Shown one piece after another: positions 62,930 to 64,000 of a stretch of 64,000 bases of DNA. Source of the DNA: an uncultured Gammaproteobacteria bacterium (GTDB taxonomy: Bacteria > Patescibacteriota > Patescibacteriia > Patescibacteriales > UBA12465); contig CAZXEE010000001.1 in assembly GCA_964639785.1 (NCBI GenBank), forward strand, positions 51,832 through 115,831, in the 5' to 3' direction. The position numbers were made by a program, and so were the translations under genes. Numbering within the stretch: position 1 is the first letter of the stretch; the number at the start of each line of letters is the position of its first letter. The notes below the pieces were generated by a model, which saw only the letters and a program-made list of their open reading frames with translations, ran no database searches and had not been told where the DNA came from.

Positions 62930-63175
62930 ATGGATAAAACATTTACTCAAAGAATCAACAATATCACCGGCCAATTAGCCGGCGTCAATAAGATGATGGC
63001 GGAACCGCAGCCGGATTGCTTTAAGGTTATCACCCAGCTCAAGGCTATCAAATCGGCCGTTTCTTCCTTGATGGAAAAATACATGGAGAGCGAGTTTGAA
63101 TGCTGCTTGAACCGCAATCAGCCGGCGGAGAGAGAGCAATTAAAAAAGATCTTTTCGGAGATCGCTAAGAAATAA
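62930..63175 (+). CDS. CsoR/RcnR/CstR-family (DUF156) metal- or thiol-sensing repressor
   Basis: The 81-aa helical bundle contains INNITGQLAGVNKMM, a conserved Cys (PDCFKV) and C-terminal EFECC. Confidence 0.75.
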   Translation: MDKTFTQRINNITGQLAGVNKMMAEPQPDCFKVITQLKAIKSAVSSLMEKYMESEFECCLNRNQPAEREQLKKIFSEIAKK

Positions 63176-63232
63176 TTATAATTACAATCAGGATAAAAAT
63201 ACTCATGCTTTTTATTCTGATTAATAAATTTT

Positions 63233-63568
63233 ATGTCTAATGCATTAGAGTTAACAAAAGATAATTTTACCGCCGAGGTCTTGGATTCCAAAACCCCAGT
63301 CTTGGTGGATTTTTGGGCTCCTTGGTGCGGTCCTTGCCGGATGATGGCTCCAGTCCTGGATGAGTTAGCTGGCGAGCTGGAAGGCACTGTTAAGATCGCT
63401 AAGGTTAACACTGAAGACGCTGTCAATCAGGATCTGGCTATGCAATACAATATCCAGAGCATCCCTAACATGAAATTATTCAAAGATGGGCAGGTCATTG
63501 CTGACTTTGTCGGTTTGCGCGATAAGGCCGGATTAGCTAAGGAAATCAGTGAAGCTTTGGCAAAATAA
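63233..63568 (+). CDS. trxA: Thioredoxin
   Basis: VLVDFWAPWCGPCRM active site; 111 aa. Confidence 0.93.
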   Translation: MSNALELTKDNFTAEVLDSKTPVLVDFWAPWCGPCRMMAPVLDELAGELEGTVKIAKVNTEDAVNQDLAMQYNIQSIPNMKLFKDGQVIADFVGLRDKAGLAKEISEALAK

Positions 63569-63579
63569 TAAAAAAACAT

Positions 63580-64000
63580 ATGGCAACTTTTGATAACATC
63601 CTGTCTCGTTTGCAGGATATCAAAGAGATTGAAAATTTGAATGACAAGGAGATCGAACTCTTGTCGACTCCTAAGAGAGTCAAGGCAGCTGAACTGGAAG
63701 TCGATGGCCAGAAATATCCGGCTTGGAGAATCCTTTTCAATGATGCTCTGGGTGCCGGCAAAGGCGGGATCCGTTTTCATCCCGATGTCTGTGAAGATGA
63801 AGTGAAATCATTATCTTTTTGGATGGCTATCAAAAATTCCCTGGCCGGGTTGCCATACGGCGGCGGCAAAGGCGGCGTCAAGTTTGATCCGAAGACTACC
63901 GACAAAGCTACTATGGAAAAGATTTCTCGAGCTTTCATCGATGAATTCTATCCGGTTTTAGGCCAGGATATCGATGTTCCGGCTCCTGATGTCTATACCA
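63580..64000 (+). CDS. Glu/Leu/Phe/Val dehydrogenase family protein (glutamate dehydrogenase-like), N-terminal part; runs off window
   Basis: Absent from the ORF track (no stop in the window). Manual translation: MATFDNILSRLQD...GAGKGGIRFHP......EVKSLSFWMAIKNSLAGLPYGGGKGGVKFDP, which includes the GDH catalytic Lys/Gly-rich signature. Confidence 0.85.
   Translation, partial: MATFDNILSRLQDIKEIENLNDKEIELLSTPKRVKAAELEVDGQKYPAWRILFNDALGAGKGGIRFHPDVCEDEVKSLSFWMAIKNSLAGLPYGGGKGGVKFDPKTTDKATMEKISRAFIDEFYPVLGQDIDVPAPDVYT

Overview
This window reads as chromosomal DNA from a small-genome, AT-leaning bacterium, most likely a Candidate Phyla Radiation (Patescibacteria/Parcubacteria-like) organism; that placement is an inference from gene content. 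Housekeeping genes are confidently recognisable: mgtA-type P-type ATPase, truB, der, pth, topA, pheST, valS, typA, tsaE, rplS, smc, glyA, folD, recQ, trxA and a partial gdh. Eight tRNA genes are present and none encodes a 3' CCA. Between them lie accessory cell-surface genes. Three type IV pilin-like proteins carry large C-terminal modules: two have LamG/DUF2341-like domains and one has seven propeller-like repeats. Seven VirB2/TrbC-like small pilin paralogs are present, six of them in one array at 53285-56352. That array sits next to a GT2 + methyltransferase + polytopic GT-C-like membrane protein module, and no T4SS ATPase is visible in the window. Several Lys/Ala-rich histone-H1-like sequences also occur. 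Two real genes are absent from the ORF track because they run off the window edges: 1-1355 (-) and 63580-64000 (+). Three ORF-track starts are corrected because they overlap tRNAs or an upstream gene. Noteworthy non-coding structure includes a 20-bp perfect inverted repeat bracketing the histone-like gene. It also includes a gene-poor region (8.1-10.6 kb) with a duplicated tRNA-His 3' end plus terminator and a tRNA-His-like acceptor mimic. I found no CRISPR array, rRNA, transposase or integrase. All homology calls rest on motif recognition by eye, not database searches.
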